A stretch of 63,156 nt of DNA, filler included, from Chiloscyllium plagiosum (Eukaryota): NCBI RefSeq assembly GCF_004010195.1. It is 5 parts of 5 records of this genome, joined end to end, with 100 filler letters (N's around TTAATTAATTAA, not from the genome) between each part and the next. Parts side by side here need not be neighbours in the genome. Positions count along the whole stretch, not along the records: positions 21,696 to 33,554 come from NW_025214318.1; positions 33,655 to 40,743 come from NW_025201432.1; 3 more parts are not named here. One strand, written 5' to 3'. The notes under the pieces were generated by a model, which searched no databases, was not told the DNA's origin, and saw nothing but the letters and a program-made list of their open reading frames with translations. Of the stretch, positions 25,288-38,321 are shown in pieces. Each line of letters starts with the position of its first letter. The stretch's first letter is position 1. The translations under genes were made by a program, and so were the position numbers.

Positions 25288-26683
25288 ACATGCAATGCGC
25301 GCCCTTAGCGTCAAGGATCACAATTTTGGAACATGCTGCCGAAGGGACATGTCCGCATGCAAAATGGAAGCTGAAGAAGGCATCTAGGCCTCTCTAGAAG
25401 GCTATTCCATTCATGGGACCATCATTAATCTTGCTGCTCTCCAGTCTTCCCAACACACCGATAACATTGAACCTGATTGTTTACTGTTCAATGAAAGAAT
25501 GGTGAACCTTTGGAATTCTCCACCACAGAAATTCATAGATTCAAGACTCATAGATTCTTGAAAGCGTTGTCTCAAGTAGCTAGTGTGTTGAAGGTGTTTG
25601 GCACATTTACCTTCATTGGCCAGAGCACTGAGTACAGGAGTTAGGGCTTCATGTTGTAACTGTCCAAAACATTGGAATGAACTGCCAGAGGAAGTGGTAA
25701 ATGCAGAGATAGGCCCAACGTTTAGAAGACATTCGAACAGCTATAGGAACTGGATATGTCTGGATGGATATGGGCCAAAGGCAGGCAGGTGGAATTAGTT
25801 TAATTTGGGAACTCTGGTCAGCATGGATGAGCTGGACTAAATGGACTGTTTCTGTGCTGTATGACTTATGACCCACTGACTTTATGGTGGAGTAGGCTCA
25901 AAGTTGGAAGGTGGTGAGCAAGTGAGGGGCTAGATTGGGCATGTGGGAGAGTTTGGGCTGGTAGGCTGTGAGGTGTTGGCTGGCTACATGCATGCGCGCC
26001 CTTGTCCTCAAGGATCACAATTTTGGAACATGCTGCCGAAGGGGCATGTCCGCATGCAAAATGGAAGCTGAAGAAGGCATCTCGGCCTCTCTAGAAGGCT
26101 ATTCCATTCATGGGACCATCATTAATCTTGCTGCTCTCCAGTCTTCCCAACACACCGATAACATTGAACCTGATTGTTTACTGTTCAACGAAAGAATGGT
26201 GAACCTTTGGAATTCTCCACCACAGAAATTCATAGATTCAAGACTCATAGATTCTTGAAAGCGTTGTCTCAAGTAGCTAGTGTGTTGAAGGTGTTTGGCA
26301 CATTTACCTTCATTGGTCAGAGCACTGAGTACAGGAGTTAGGGCTTCATGTTGTAACTGTCCAAAACATTGGAATGAACTGCCAGAGGAAGTGGTAAATG
26401 CAGAGATAGGCCCAACGTTTAGAAGACATTTGAACAGCTATAGAAACTGGATATGTCTGGATGGATATGGGCCAAAGGCAGGCAGGTGGAATTAGTTTAA
26501 TTTGGGAACTCTGGTCAGCATGGATGAGCTGGACTAAATGGACTGTTTCTGTGCTGTACGACATATGACCCACTGACTTTATGGTGGAGTAGGCTCAAAG
26601 TTGGAAGGGGGTGAGCAAGTGAGGGGCTAGATTAGGCTTGTGGGAGAGTTTGGGCTGGTAGGCTGTGAGGTGTTGACTGGCTG
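25288..26683. repeat. Tandem duplication 2 x ~697 bp
   Basis: Near-identical ORF pairs 25598/26295 and 25649/26346 are offset by 697. Confidence 0.95.
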
Positions 26684-27204
26684 CTGGGTAAGCTTGCATG
26701 CACTCTGTCTGGCAAGGTGGCATCAAGGTAAATGGTAATGGTCACAGGATAATTTGGTCGAATTGTGCTTGGTAGGTGAGGGGTAGTTTGAGCTGAAATG
26801 CAGGAGGTCTGTCTTTGCCAGGCTGGTTTATGGAGAGGTGGACAGGATGCCAGACTGGTTAGTGTAGAGGTGGGCAGAGTGCCAGGATGTTTCGGGGGTG
26901 GAAGGTCACTGCAATGAAGTGACAGGTGGACGTGTTGTCAAAATGCAAAGCTCGGAGTCTGGCAAAATGGTAGGTTGTAAAGCACAGATGCGAAAGGAGC
27001 TTGGATGCAATGTGCACAGGTTGACTTGGGTAAGAGGAGAGGTCGGTGATCAAGGGTTGAGGTCATGTCTTGGGTAGTGGGCTTTTGTCAGACGTTGTGA
27101 AAATGATGGTGCCAGGTCCAGTCATGGCCAGATTCACCATGGGCAGGTGCAGGGTGGCAGGAGTGTAAATGACTGAAAGGAATTGAGATCATATGTCCAT
27201 CTGG

Positions 27205-27880
27205 AATATAGAACATAGAACATTACAGTGCAGGACAGGCTCTTCAGCCCTCGATGTTGCGCTGACCTGTGGAACCAATCTGAAGCCTATCTATCCTACA
27301 CTATTCCATTTTCATCCATATGTTTATCCAATGACCTTTTAAATGCCCTTAAAGTTGGCGAGTGTACTATTGTTGCAGGCAGTGCGTTCCATGGCCCTAC
27401 TACTCTCTGAGTAAAGAAACAACCTCTGACACCTGTCATCTATGTCCTCTCCTGCTCGCCATCACTATTTAAGGAACAAGACTTTCACTGTCCACCCTCT
27501 GTTTATCTTTTATGTCTCAATTAAGTCACCACTCAACCTTCTTCTCTCAAAGAAAAACAGTCTCAAGACCCTCATCCTTTCCTCATTAAACCTTCCCGCC
27601 TTACCAAACTACATCCTGGTAAACCTCCTCTGAACTCTTCCAAAGCTTCCACATTCTTTCTATAATGTGGTGGCCCGAACAGTACACAATACTCCCAAGT
27701 GCGGCCACACCAGAGTTTTGTACAGCTGCAGCCTAACCTCGTGGTTCTGAAACTCAGTCCCTCTCTCGATGAAAGCCAACACAAAGTGTGCCTACTTAAC
27801 AACTCTATCAAACTGGCTGGCAACTTTTAGGGATCTATGTACATGGACACCGAGATCTCTCTGCTCAGCTACACTACCAA
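27205..27880 (-). mobile_element. CR1 LINE 3' end
   Basis: EYCVLFGPPHYRKNVEALE; short tandem tail atagaac. Confidence 0.82.
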
Positions 27881-28696
27881 TATGGATTGTCTTGGATGTG
27901 TTTCGTGTGATAGGGGTTGTGCGTTCTGGGCATGAATAGGTGTATAGCATGGTAGGGTTTGTCAATGAGAGTGGAAATTTAGATCTAGACAGAGTAAGTG
28001 CAGTGGTTAGTCTGACAGATGAGGTTTGGTGGTGAACTGCGTGTCAGTTTGATAGTTATTAAAGTTAAAGATCACTTGTTCATTTCTCAAATCATATTTA
28101 CATAAATACTCAGCTGTAACACTCCAAAGTCCCTGAACCTTAATGGTCCTCCATTTTTCAGAGGCCTCCAGAATTCAGATAATTGTAAATTAGATGTTTC
28201 AACTTCCAGCCAATTGGCATAAGTTCAGCCGTGACAGCCATCCTCCTCGTCCCAATGCTCAGCTCCTGCCTGTGCTGCTGCTGCAGTGGCCTTCCTCCCA
28301 GAGAGAACATTCTGCCTTGCAGGCTCACTGGACCTGATTTCCAAGTATGGGGACGGCAAACAAGAGGGGACAGAAGTTTAAAGTGAGGGGAGATAGATAT
28401 AAGACAGATGTCAGAGGTAATGTCTTTACTCAGAGAGTAGTAAGGGTATGGAATGCTTTGCCTGCAACGGTAGTAGATTCGCCAAGTTTAAGTACATTTA
28501 AGTCGTCATTGGACAGGCATTGGACATGGAATGGTGTAGGTGGGATGGGCTTCAGATTAATATGACAGGGAAGCGCAACATCGAGGGCCGAAGGGCCTGT
28601 ACTGCACTGTAATGTTCTATGTTCTATGATTCACTCTGATTTCTCTCCGGGGGTACTGACAGCTGTTGGGTATTTCCAAGAGCACGGTACCTAATG

Positions 28697-29005
28697 GGGC
28701 AGCACGCTGGTTCCATGGTTAACGCTGCTGCCTCACAGCGCTAGGGACTCGGGTTCCATTCCAGCCTCGGGTGACTGTCTGTGTGGAGTTGGCACTTACT
28801 CCCCCTGTCTGTGTGCGTTTCCTCCCACAGTCCAAAGATGTGCAAGCTGGAGGAATTGCAAATGTTGTGTTCAGTGATTGGGAGGTTAGGTGCATTAGTC
28901 AGGGTTACCTGTAGCATAATAGGGTAGGGGAATGGGTCTGGATGCGTTACTTTTCAGAGGGTGGGTGTGGACTTGTTGGGCCAAATGGCCTGTTTGCACA
29001 CACTG
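28697..29005 (+). mobile_element. HE1-type SINE
   Basis: A/B-box head, core and tail as in the other copies. Confidence 0.82.
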
Positions 29006-29354
29006 TCGAATTTCGATGAATCTGCATTTCATTGGTTTGTATTTGTGAAACTTCTCTGCTCTTCACAGCAATCCAGTGAAAGTGTCGGTGAGATCTTCAA
29101 ACAGTTACTGGGATGGGATCAGGATGTTCTTCTTCCTAAATTATATGGCAATGGACAAGGTCGAGGGCATGTTTCTAAAGAGAGAACCAATGATCATGAT
29201 CAGCAACTGGTAGGAAACAAAAATAATCCCCAGTTATGCTGTAGACTCAGCGGGAGCATACTGGCAAACGTTTACAGCTGAGGATACATTTGAGTAACTG
29301 ATGAGGTCAAATTAACAGAAATTAACATGCTCAATTGGTCATTATATTGTACAG

Positions 29355-29657
29355 ACACCATCTCCCCCACGCTTTATGGCCTGGCCTCCTCCTGTCAGGA
29401 GCACAACACCGGTTCTGCGAGCTTTGGTTGTTTGGCGATGGACTATTCCCCTGACGTCCCCAAGGTAATCTGGAAGAAAGGAGGGGAGCTAATCACGACT
29501 GGATTGAAGATTTACCCATCAGTGAGAAACAAGAAGGGAACCTACACCCTGAGCAGCCAGGTAACCCTGCCAGAGTCAGCGGTAGGTTGCCCCAGCAAAA
29601 TCTACTGTGAGGTTCAACACAGCGGGTCACACAAGAGCAAAGAAATGCCATGTCCAG
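29355..29657 (+). CDS. IGHM: IgM heavy chain CH1 exon (open frame; the same scaffold has a damaged CH2)
   Basis: TGTACAG| acceptor, [12 protein letters not shown]...[10 protein letters not shown]...WKK...[16 protein letters not shown]...YCEVQHSG...MPCP, donor G|GTATGT; 303 nt, phase 1/1; matches shark C-mu1. Confidence 0.93.
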
Positions 29658-29729
29658 GTATGTGTTGTGGGAACTGAGATAAACAGAGCATCTGGGATTA
29701 ATATGAAGAAGACATTATTTATAACCGTT

Positions 29730-32720
29730 TTCACAGAATCACCTTGTACAACACAGGAAAAAGGCTCTTTGATCCATCCAGTTCACGCCTATCAATAACA
29801 GCCAGTCTCATGTGCCAGCACATGATCCATTGCCTTGTGTGGCTTGCCTTTGCAAGGATGCATCTCAATACTTCATACTTATTATGAGGGGCTCAGTCTC
29901 TACATGACTTATATGTGCTGAGCTCCAGGCTAACACCACCCTCTGTTTGATTTTGTTTTCCCCTGAGATCCACTTGGAACCTCCTGGCCTTACCTTCATC
30001 CTGTGCCCCTGAGGCATTAAGGGGAAAGGTTTCATCTAGTTTACCGTGTCTATGCCTAAAATAATTCTAGACATCAGGATAATCTTCTCCCTAATTCTCC
30101 TCTGCTCCAAGGAAAACCCCTGTCTATCTAATCTTGTTTCATAACTAAAACCCTCCAACCCAGGCAAGATCCTGGCAAATCTCATCAATACTGCCTTCTG
30201 TGTAATCACATTCCTCCGGTAACACGCACACAACTCTTCAATATGGCCTAACCAGTGTTCTATTAAGTTCCAGTATCATCTCCCTACTCTTCATTGTCAA
30301 TATCTAGGCTAATAAAAGCAAATATCCTCCCACTTTCTTAGCCTCTTTATCCAGACGACACAGAATTATAGGGGATCGGTGGGTACATGCACCAAAGATC
30401 CTCAGGCCTTTCCAGGGTTCCACCATTGAAAGCGTCATACCTCACAGATTCTTCTGCCGAATTACATCACCTTACATTTATCCAGAATAATTTCCATTTG
30501 CAACTTCTCTTCACATACAAACAACCCTTTTATATCCTCCTGCAATCTAAAACCTTTATGCTCATGAGTTACCAACATGACAGTTTTCATTCCATCTGTG
30601 AATTCACTGGTTAATCCTCCTAAATTTGAGTCTCAATCATTGGTATGTAAGAGAAATAGCAAGGAAATCAACACCAATCGCTACAGAACACCAGGAGACA
30701 TAGATTTCCAGTCACGCAGACACCCGATGACTACTATCCCCTGCTCCCATCACTCAGCCAGTTCTAGATCCAATCTGTCAAATTAACTCGGATCCCATTG
30801 GCTCTGATTATTGCTATCATCTGGACATCGAGTTATCTCTATGAAAACTACTATCAAATTGTTACACATTACTTCCTCTCAATAAAACCGTGCTGAAAAT
30901 TGTTGATTTATCTTCCAAATGAAGACTAATTTCACTTCTCAATAGTTTCCTTACCACTGAGACTAGCTTGACAGATCTGTGTTTTCATTATTTATCCCTT
31001 CCTTCGTCCTGCATAACAGTGCANNNNNNNNNNNNNNNNNNNNNNNNNNNNNNNNNNNNNNNNNNNNNNNNNNNNNNNNNNNNNNNNNNNNNNNNNNNNN
31101 NNNNNNNNNNNNNNNNNNNNNNNNNNNNNNNNNNNNNNNNNNNNNNNNNNNNNNNNNNNNNNNNNNNNNNNNNNNNNNNNNNNNNNNNNNNNNNNNNNNN
31201 NNNNNNNNNNNNNNNNNNNNNNNNNNNNNNNNNNNNNNNNNNNNNNNNNNNNNNNNNNNNNNNNNNNNNNNNNNNNNNNNNNNNNNNNNNNNNNNNNNNN
31301 NNNNNNNNNNNNNNNNNNNNNNNNNNNNNNNNNNNNNNNNNNNNNNNNNNNNNNNNNNNNNNNNNNNNNNNNNNNNNNNNNNNNNNNNNNNNNNNNNNNN
31401 NNNNNNNNNNNNNNNNNNNNNNNNNNNNNNNNNNNNNNNNNNNNNNNNNNNNNNNNNNNNNNNNNNNNNNNNNNNNNNNNNNNNNNNNNNNNNNNNNNNN
31501 NNNNNNNNNNNNNNNNNNNNNNNNNNNNNNNNNNNNNNNNNNNNNNNNNNNNNNNNNNNNNNNNNNNNNNNNNNNNNNNNNNNNNNNNNNNNNNNNNNNN
31601 NNNNNNNNNNNNNNNNNNNNNNNNNNNNNNNNNNNNNNNNNNNNNNNNNNNNNNNNNNNNNNNATGTTGACTGCTATTATTTTCTCCTGGGCCCTTTTGC
31701 TCTTCTAACTCCTTTGTCTTTCGAACTCCCCCTTGCACGTTCTGTACTCCATATTGTTTTGAGATTTCAGTATAGCCCGGAAGCCTCCCTTGTTTCTCTT
31801 TATCTCCCCCTCCATGCCCTTTGGTGTCCAGAGCCCGCTGCATTCTTGGTCCCACGCAGTGGCTTCCTGGGAAATGTCCTCCCTGTGATTTTCCTATCTC
31901 TTTCTTAAATGTGTCACACTGCTCTGACTCAGATTTACCAATAAGTGTCAGCTTCCAGTCCACTCTGGTCAAGTCATTACCTGATCTTACTAAAATTGTC
32001 CTTCCCCTTTTCAGAACTTTGGGCCAATTTCTATTCCTTTGCAGTACAATCTGAAATCCAACTGATTTACGATCACTGTCTGCAAAGTGCTCCACCATTG
32101 ATGTTTTACCCACTGGGTCGACTTCATTCCCTAAAGTTAAGTTCAGGTTCACCCCTCTCTTGCAAGGTCTGGATTAAAATTCTCTGTATTACACACATAC
32201 TTTGTTAAAATATTCTCCTGGGGCATTTTCAGAATTATGCTCCCTCTGAATTTTTGACACAATGAATATCCAAGCCTATGCTGAGGAAGTTAAAAACCTC
32301 TTTTCTCATTCCCCTATTTAATTGACATTTCTCTGAAATTTGCCCATGTATTTCTACTTGGTCTTTTGGACCTATAGTAAGGTCTATAGTGCTCTCCCAG
32401 TAGTCATTTTTGCTGTATTTTGGTTTTGAAGTACTGTCCATTTGCCTTTGTTCGAGGAGGTATCCATGGTTTCATTTCTCTTTACAGCCTAAAATACTCT
32501 TGTCAGAATTGCGACAGAAACAACATTCTGTACCCCCGCCCCCATCCTTTTCCATCTTTCCCTGTCTCGCCTGAAGGCACTAAATCCTGGAATATTGAAT
32601 AGCCACTCCCGCCCTGCTCTCAATATGTCTCCGTGATAGCAACCGCATCATTTCCTCATTTATGCCGGTAATTCATCTGCCTTGTTCATCAGACTCTGTC
32701 ATTAAAACGAATACCATCTA
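29730..32720 (-). mobile_element. Old CR1 LINE fragments filling the CH1-CH2 intron (contains a gap)
   Basis: FARILPGLEGFSYETRLDR, LNLTLGNE...EHFADSDR. Confidence 0.7.
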
Positions 32721-32966
32721 ACGTTGCATCTCCCTTCTGATTTAACCGGCCTATAGTTTCTATGCCTCCTTGAGTCCCTTGCTGTGTCCTATAATTTTAG
32801 CCTTTCACATTATCCTGCTTTTCTTTCTGTGTGGACCCCAGCTTCTCCAGCACTCTGCATAATTATGATTCTTGTATCCATTAACCACAAGAAACCTTGC
32901 TATATGAGAACTGATTGTATTTGTTCTGAAATTCGTCAGATAATTTATGCGATGTGTTTCCGAAAG

Positions 32967-33263
32967 ATCTAGGTATTCTCCAACCAACTCTTCTCCTAAC
33001 TGTGAGCTCCAGTGAAGAATCGCAAGCAGCAAGTTTGCAACCGTCGTCTGTTCAATCATCGATTTCCATCCGAAGTCAATCTCCGTGATTTGGTTGAAAA
33101 ATGGCCGACGCTTGGATTCTGGCTTCTTCACGTCTCCCGTGTGTGAGGCGAACGGGAACTTCTCGGTGACGAGTCGGCTTATGGTCCCTTATGGTGAATG
33201 GTTCAACAGCGCAGTCTATACCTGCCAGGTCACTCATGGAGAGAACATTCACCGCACTCCAGG
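32967..33263 (+). pseudogene. IGHM: IgM CH2 exon with frameshifts
   Basis: [12 protein letters not shown] in one frame, then [28 protein letters not shown]...[14 protein letters not shown]...[11 protein letters not shown] in another (1 nt missing at ~33019); the upstream frame hits TGA at 33086; second shift near 33249 before donor |GTAAGA; alternative in-frame acceptor at 32973. Confidence 0.88.
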
Positions 33264-33554
33264 GTAAGAGACACATACTGAGAGAGCTACAAATCATTCT
33301 GAACTCTGATGTGAATCAAACACACTAATTTATCAGGCGTAGTAAACAGCACGTTACAGCTTCTCATTTCCCAACATGCCACGTATGTCATTTCAGTTTG
33401 AGTGTTACATTAGCATTGCTCATAATTCAACCTTTTGGCAAGTCAGAAAAGCATGTTTCCTCTCTGTTGAAGATAGATATATAGACAGTGAGCTTTGTTA
33501 AATAGTTTGTTGCCTGACCATGCTGGGAGAGGCATTCAGAGTGCTGAATCCTTG

Positions 33555-33654
33555 NNNNNNNNNNNNNNNNNNNNNNNNNNNNNNNNNNNNNNNNNNNNTT
33601 AATTAATTAANNNNNNNNNNNNNNNNNNNNNNNNNNNNNNNNNNNNNNNNNNNN
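33555..33654. other. Artificial scaffold linker
   Basis: 44N-TTAATTAATTAA-44N. Confidence 0.97.
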
Positions 33655-34466
33655 CCTCGCCGACACTGAGAAATTGGGACTGTTCCCCTCTGCTGATAGT
33701 TTCCCGACGCTGTGAACAGTTGCTATGATTGGTTCTCAATTCCATCTTGCGTCACATAGATCCAAATGGCTGAATATTTCCAGTACTTCTGAGCGCTGCC
33801 TTGCCTGATCAACATCGACCTCTGATTTATTATTTTTGAGGGTTGCTGTTCAGTAATATCCCTGTATCTGATAGATCTCAGTCTGATTTCCTGGGATTTG
33901 ACAGGCGTGTGTCAAATAGATCCCAGGAATTATGCTCCATGAGGTTTATTTGCGAGAAAAACTCCAGTTCTGAGAATCCGCCCTAATGACTGACTGGACT
34001 TGAAGAAAGAATTAAGCAAACTCAAGGTTAGTGCATATTCATTCGAGATTTATTAACCATTTCAGTAAGCAATTTATCCAAACGTTAATGTTAAAGTTAA
34101 CAGACGTGAATACAATGGCTGGATGCCACATTGAAACGAGATCGTGTGCACTCGGAGCTGAGAGTTTCTGTACATCGTAACCATCAACAGAAAAGGAATA
34201 CAATAGCTCATCCTAAAGGGTAGGCAACCATTCTGAATAAGGAACAAATTAAAAGAAAAACAAATGGGTTTTAAATAACTGGCAGCTACAATTTTTTTCA
34301 ACTACAATCAACTCGACAATATCAAAGTAAAAAGGAAAATCCATGATTAATTATCCCAGTTACACGCTGAGAAGCAAAAATGAGTCAGCAACAGGACAGA
34401 TTGTAGATTGGGAATTCAGAGACCTTGATAAGCAGATCAGCAAAATCAAAGGGGTCCACAATTCAT

Positions 34467-34475
34467 TCACTTAAC
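34467..34475 (-). CDS. IGHM: IgM transmembrane exon TM2 (VK-stop)
   Basis: TCTCTCTTTTCCAG|GTT AAG TGA 139 nt downstream of TM1, giving the KVK cytoplasmic tail; AATAAA at 34054-34049 and 33950-33945. Confidence 0.88.
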   Translation of the reverse strand, partial: VK

Positions 34476-34614
34476 CTGGAAAAGAGAGATAAAGCAATGA
34501 CGCAGATATTTATGATCAGGGACATTCAGATTTAATTTTTATTCAATGGTACCCTTAGAGATTTTACAAAACGTACTGGGCTGTTTGGCGTGAGAAAGAT
34601 GTGATTATTCTCAC

Positions 34615-34742
34615 CTTCACTAGAGTGACGGCAGCGCTGTAGAAAATACTCAGGAAGAACAAGGTGATGAACGTGGAAGCAGTTGTCCAGATGTTGCTGT
34701 TATCATCCTCATAGTCTTCAATCCAAGTGTGGTTCATTGAAT
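34615..34742 (-). CDS. IGHM: IgM transmembrane exon TM1
   Basis: CATAG| acceptor; DSMNHTWIEDYEDDNSNIWTTASTFITLFFLSIFYSAAVTLVK (CART motif); donor |GTGAGA. Confidence 0.94.
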
Positions 34743-36135
34743 CTATGAATATAAATCCGAGAGAACGCATTTAAAATGTTTTTTGATCCAGTCCGATCTA
34801 TCTGCATCCAAGTCATATAACTCGAGACCATTGCATCTTCATAAAGCAGGTAGATGTTTCTCAATTGCGACTATTTGTATTTCGTAGTGCATTATTGACT
34901 CTCGGCAAGAACTTGCAAATAATAAATGCACATGTTCCTTCTTCACTGTCTGAAACAACATTTTAAATTACTTTTTCTTTTAATGTATTATTGAAGGATA
35001 TTATTATTTCAGGGATGCTTATTAGGCACGATTATTTTAATTCTATCATTATATTTTAAATATAGGCTGAGACAGCAGTTTAGTTGAAAATCGTGGCCAT
35101 CATTAGATAAAAGTTCAAATGTGATTCTCATCTTTATTTATTGGTGAGAAATTGCTTGGCAGATTATGAATATAAGTTGCATTCTCAATAAAAACTTTGC
35201 TTCATATTTTTGTTTGTAGGGTCTGTATATTAAGGAATATGTTTTTGTGCATGAGTCCCTTAATTTACTTGATCTACTGCTTGATGTGTATGGTTTTCCT
35301 TTAATGTTTGTGCATGTGGTCATGATTTACTGACTTCACTCTTGCCCATGTTTGAGTCTGTGCATGAATAAACATATTCATGCTCCGTTATTGCTGGTGT
35401 GCTCATGTATTTGTGCACGTAAGTTTTGTTCAATTCACAATGTATAAGCATCATCATGCAAATATGCCACGTCATTGATGCCGACGTTTATCTCGTAATG
35501 TCTTTGTGACTGTTCGTTTTTCGTTAGTGCTGTCTAAAATGTGTGTTCATGTGTCAATTTCAGATTCTAGCTACACTCGGTTATTTTCATGTTTGTGTTT
35601 AATAAGTGTTAACATGCAACATCATGTTTTGATGGATGTTTATATTTATGTGATGATATCTGCTTGTGTGGCAATCTATCCTAAACCATACCCTGATAAG
35701 CTTGTATGTGTTATTGTGTGTGGATGCTTGCTGATGCTTGTACCATTATCCTTGTTTAATAAATGCCCCACTTTTTGTTGATCTGTGCACTTGCGTGTCT
35801 GCATGTGAGACTCTGAATTTGTGTGTATGTGTGACCGCGTATATGTGCTGATCAACGTGATTTAAAAATAAAAAAATAAGCTGCCTCTGTCATCATATGT
35901 TTGTTATTATAAAAATGGGAAAATAATTAAATTAACGTTTTCTCTGCGCACTTATGTGCCTGTGTGTATCGACATGCAGGAGGGCATTTTTGGCATGTTG
36001 TATCTGTGTTCATGCATGTATGCCTGTATGCAGTGGTGCTAGGAAAACGTGAGGACTGCATATGCTGGAGATCAGAGCTGAACAATTTGTTGCTGGAAAA
36101 GCGCAGCAGGTCAGGCAGCATCCAAGGAGCAAGAT

Positions 36136-36170
36136 AATCGACGTTTCGGGCACAGGCCCTTCTTCAGGAA
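36136..36170 (-). ncRNA. Minimal type I hammerhead ribozyme motif (second family) within a Penelope-type terminus (36043-36172)
   Basis: uc-CUGAAGA-a-GGGC cugu GCCC-GAAA-cg-UC-ga. Confidence 0.7.
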
Positions 36171-37554
36171 TGCATTGTGCTGTATGAATGCATTTGTATT
36201 TGTGGCCATTTGTGTGTTACCGTGTGTCTATGTTTTTCATGTTTATGTATGAGTACCCCTGTTTATTTCTGTAAGAGCTTTTCTTTCGGTGTATGTGAGT
36301 TTTTGTAAATCCTTAGATGAATGTTCAAGTGCCATTTGCATGTGTGGCTCTGTGCGTGTATGCGTATGTGACGTCTTATGTTTATGCACATCTGAGTGGA
36401 TGTGCATAACTATGTGTCTTTATGTGAGAGCCTGTATATGCGTCTTTACGTGTGTACTTGTGGGCATCTCTCTGTATCTGTGTGTGTTTCTGCTCTTATA
36501 CCAAACTGCAATTTTTATTATTCTAAGTTTATTGTTCTAATTTTAATTGATTGCCCACAATTACATCGACCTTGGTGTTGTAGGAAACATTTCCCGTCAT
36601 CGTGAAGAGATAAGTGTTTTATGTGCGATTCTTCTGTTGCAGTGATAGAAGTTCTGTCTCTGAGACAAAAGGCCTGAGTTCAAATCCCGACTGCCCCAGA
36701 GATGTTTAGTAACATTTCTGAATATGTTTATTAGAAAATGGTTACTTGTGTTCTGTATTTGAAACAATGGCACAGCAGTTGTTAGAATGCCATAATTGAT
36801 CCTATGTGTTCCAGAAAACTGAGACAAGACTATGAAATTCACACCGGGACGATGCAAACATCAGTTCTGGATTATGGGAGTCACTGTTAATCATTTGTTA
36901 ACAGGGCCAGTCATGTCCCACATGCTTCAAAGGTATTATTTTGCACGGAAATGTTACATTTTCAAACAGTATGCAAGAAGCTGAATGGTCCTGTTAGTAA
37001 CTGGGTTACATTATAGAGGGCCGCCACCGAGAAAACTCTGCACTGGGAGTAAGAGTACAGACCGTTCATCGTGCTCCTCTCCTCTTCCCTGTGCTCCCCA
37101 ACAACTTATCTGTCGGTTTTCATTGGTGTGAAACTAAAGAAGCATTCTGTCAACTCATGAGTTGGTGCAAGATCCTTTGCATTTCTTCAGAAACAAATAT
37201 TAAATTCAAATTGATCTCCACACTTTACTATTGGTATGTCCAATCAAAACTAATATTAAAAGTCTCTTAGTTTGCGTTTCTAATTGGTGAATTGTGACAG
37301 TTTAAAACTGACGTGAATTTTGTAAGAATGGCCAATCGGGAAATCAGGAACACCAAGATCAAAACTTGTGTTGTCCCCTTGATGTTGAATGGACATTGTC
37401 AGATTCCGTCACAGTGGGATTTAGGATGGATGAGGTACTTAGCGGAATCCTGCAATGAATGAGCTTTACTCTGTCTCTCACCCAGGGCGTATCGGAGCAG
37501 GGAACATTAACTGCACAAGACACACTTCCCAGACCTGTTAATGATCCAATTTAA

Positions 37555-37790
37555 CATTGTGGAGTTTGTGCATTCTCCGCGCATCTGCGTGGGTTTCCTT
37601 CAGGTGCTTCAGTTTCCTCCCACAGTATAAAGATGTGCAGGTTAGGTAAATTGGCCATGCTAAATTGCCCGTAGTGTTGGTTTCATTTGTCAGGGGTAAA
37701 TGAAGGGGAATGGGTCTGGGTGGGTTGCTCTTCGGAAGGTCGGTGTGGACTTGTTGGGCCGAAGGGCCTGTTTCCACATTGAAGGGAATC
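37555..37790 (+). mobile_element. HE1-type SINE, 5'-truncated
   Basis: tgtggagtttg core to gggccgaagggcctgtttcc tail. Confidence 0.82.
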
Positions 37791-37931
37791 TAATCTCATC
37801 TAAACTGCACAGATGGAATAGAAGTAAGAATGAGAATCAATTAATTCAGCAGTTGTGTATTTAGCTCATAACTGGAGGAACAAAAACTACTTTATTACTT
37901 TTGTTGAATTATTAAATCAACTTTGAGATTT

Positions 37932-37991
37932 TTATTGACATAAATTAACAGTGTCCATCAGTGCAAGTGAAATGTTTACAAAAATGTTCAC
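37932..37991 (-). pseudogene. IGHM: IgM secretory tailpiece, frameshifted
   Basis: Ancestral frame [16 protein letters not shown] (N-glycan site, penultimate Cys) is out of frame with CH4, which reads [15 protein letters not shown]; AATAAA overlaps the old stop (37936-37931). Confidence 0.9.
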
Positions 37992-38321
37992 CACTGGATT
38001 TGTCGACAGTTCTGTTGATGATCTTGAACGGAATCGCTTCATGTCCCACCACACAGGAGTAAGAAGCACTGCTGGCCCACTCCTCCGCTGTAATGGATAA
38101 CAGGCTGTACATGAAGAAGGAGGTGTTGTTGCTCTCCACCATCACCTCGGTGTTCTTGTAGTTACTGGGATTCACCGGCTTGTCATTGTTTGTCCACTTG
38201 ACGAAGATCTCTCGGGGGAAGAAACCGCTCACTAAACAGGTGAGGGAGAGAAACCTCTTAGCGGAGATTTCTTCTGTTGGTGGCAGGAGCACAGACACTG
38301 ATGGCTCCAGTGCATTAATCA
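37992..38321 (-). CDS. IGHM: IgM CH4 exon (to the internal donor used for the membrane form); open frame within a disabled gene
   Basis: TTTGCAG| acceptor; [10 protein letters not shown]...[20 protein letters not shown]...YKNTEVM...[29 protein letters not shown]; donor G|GTGAAC. Confidence 0.94.
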
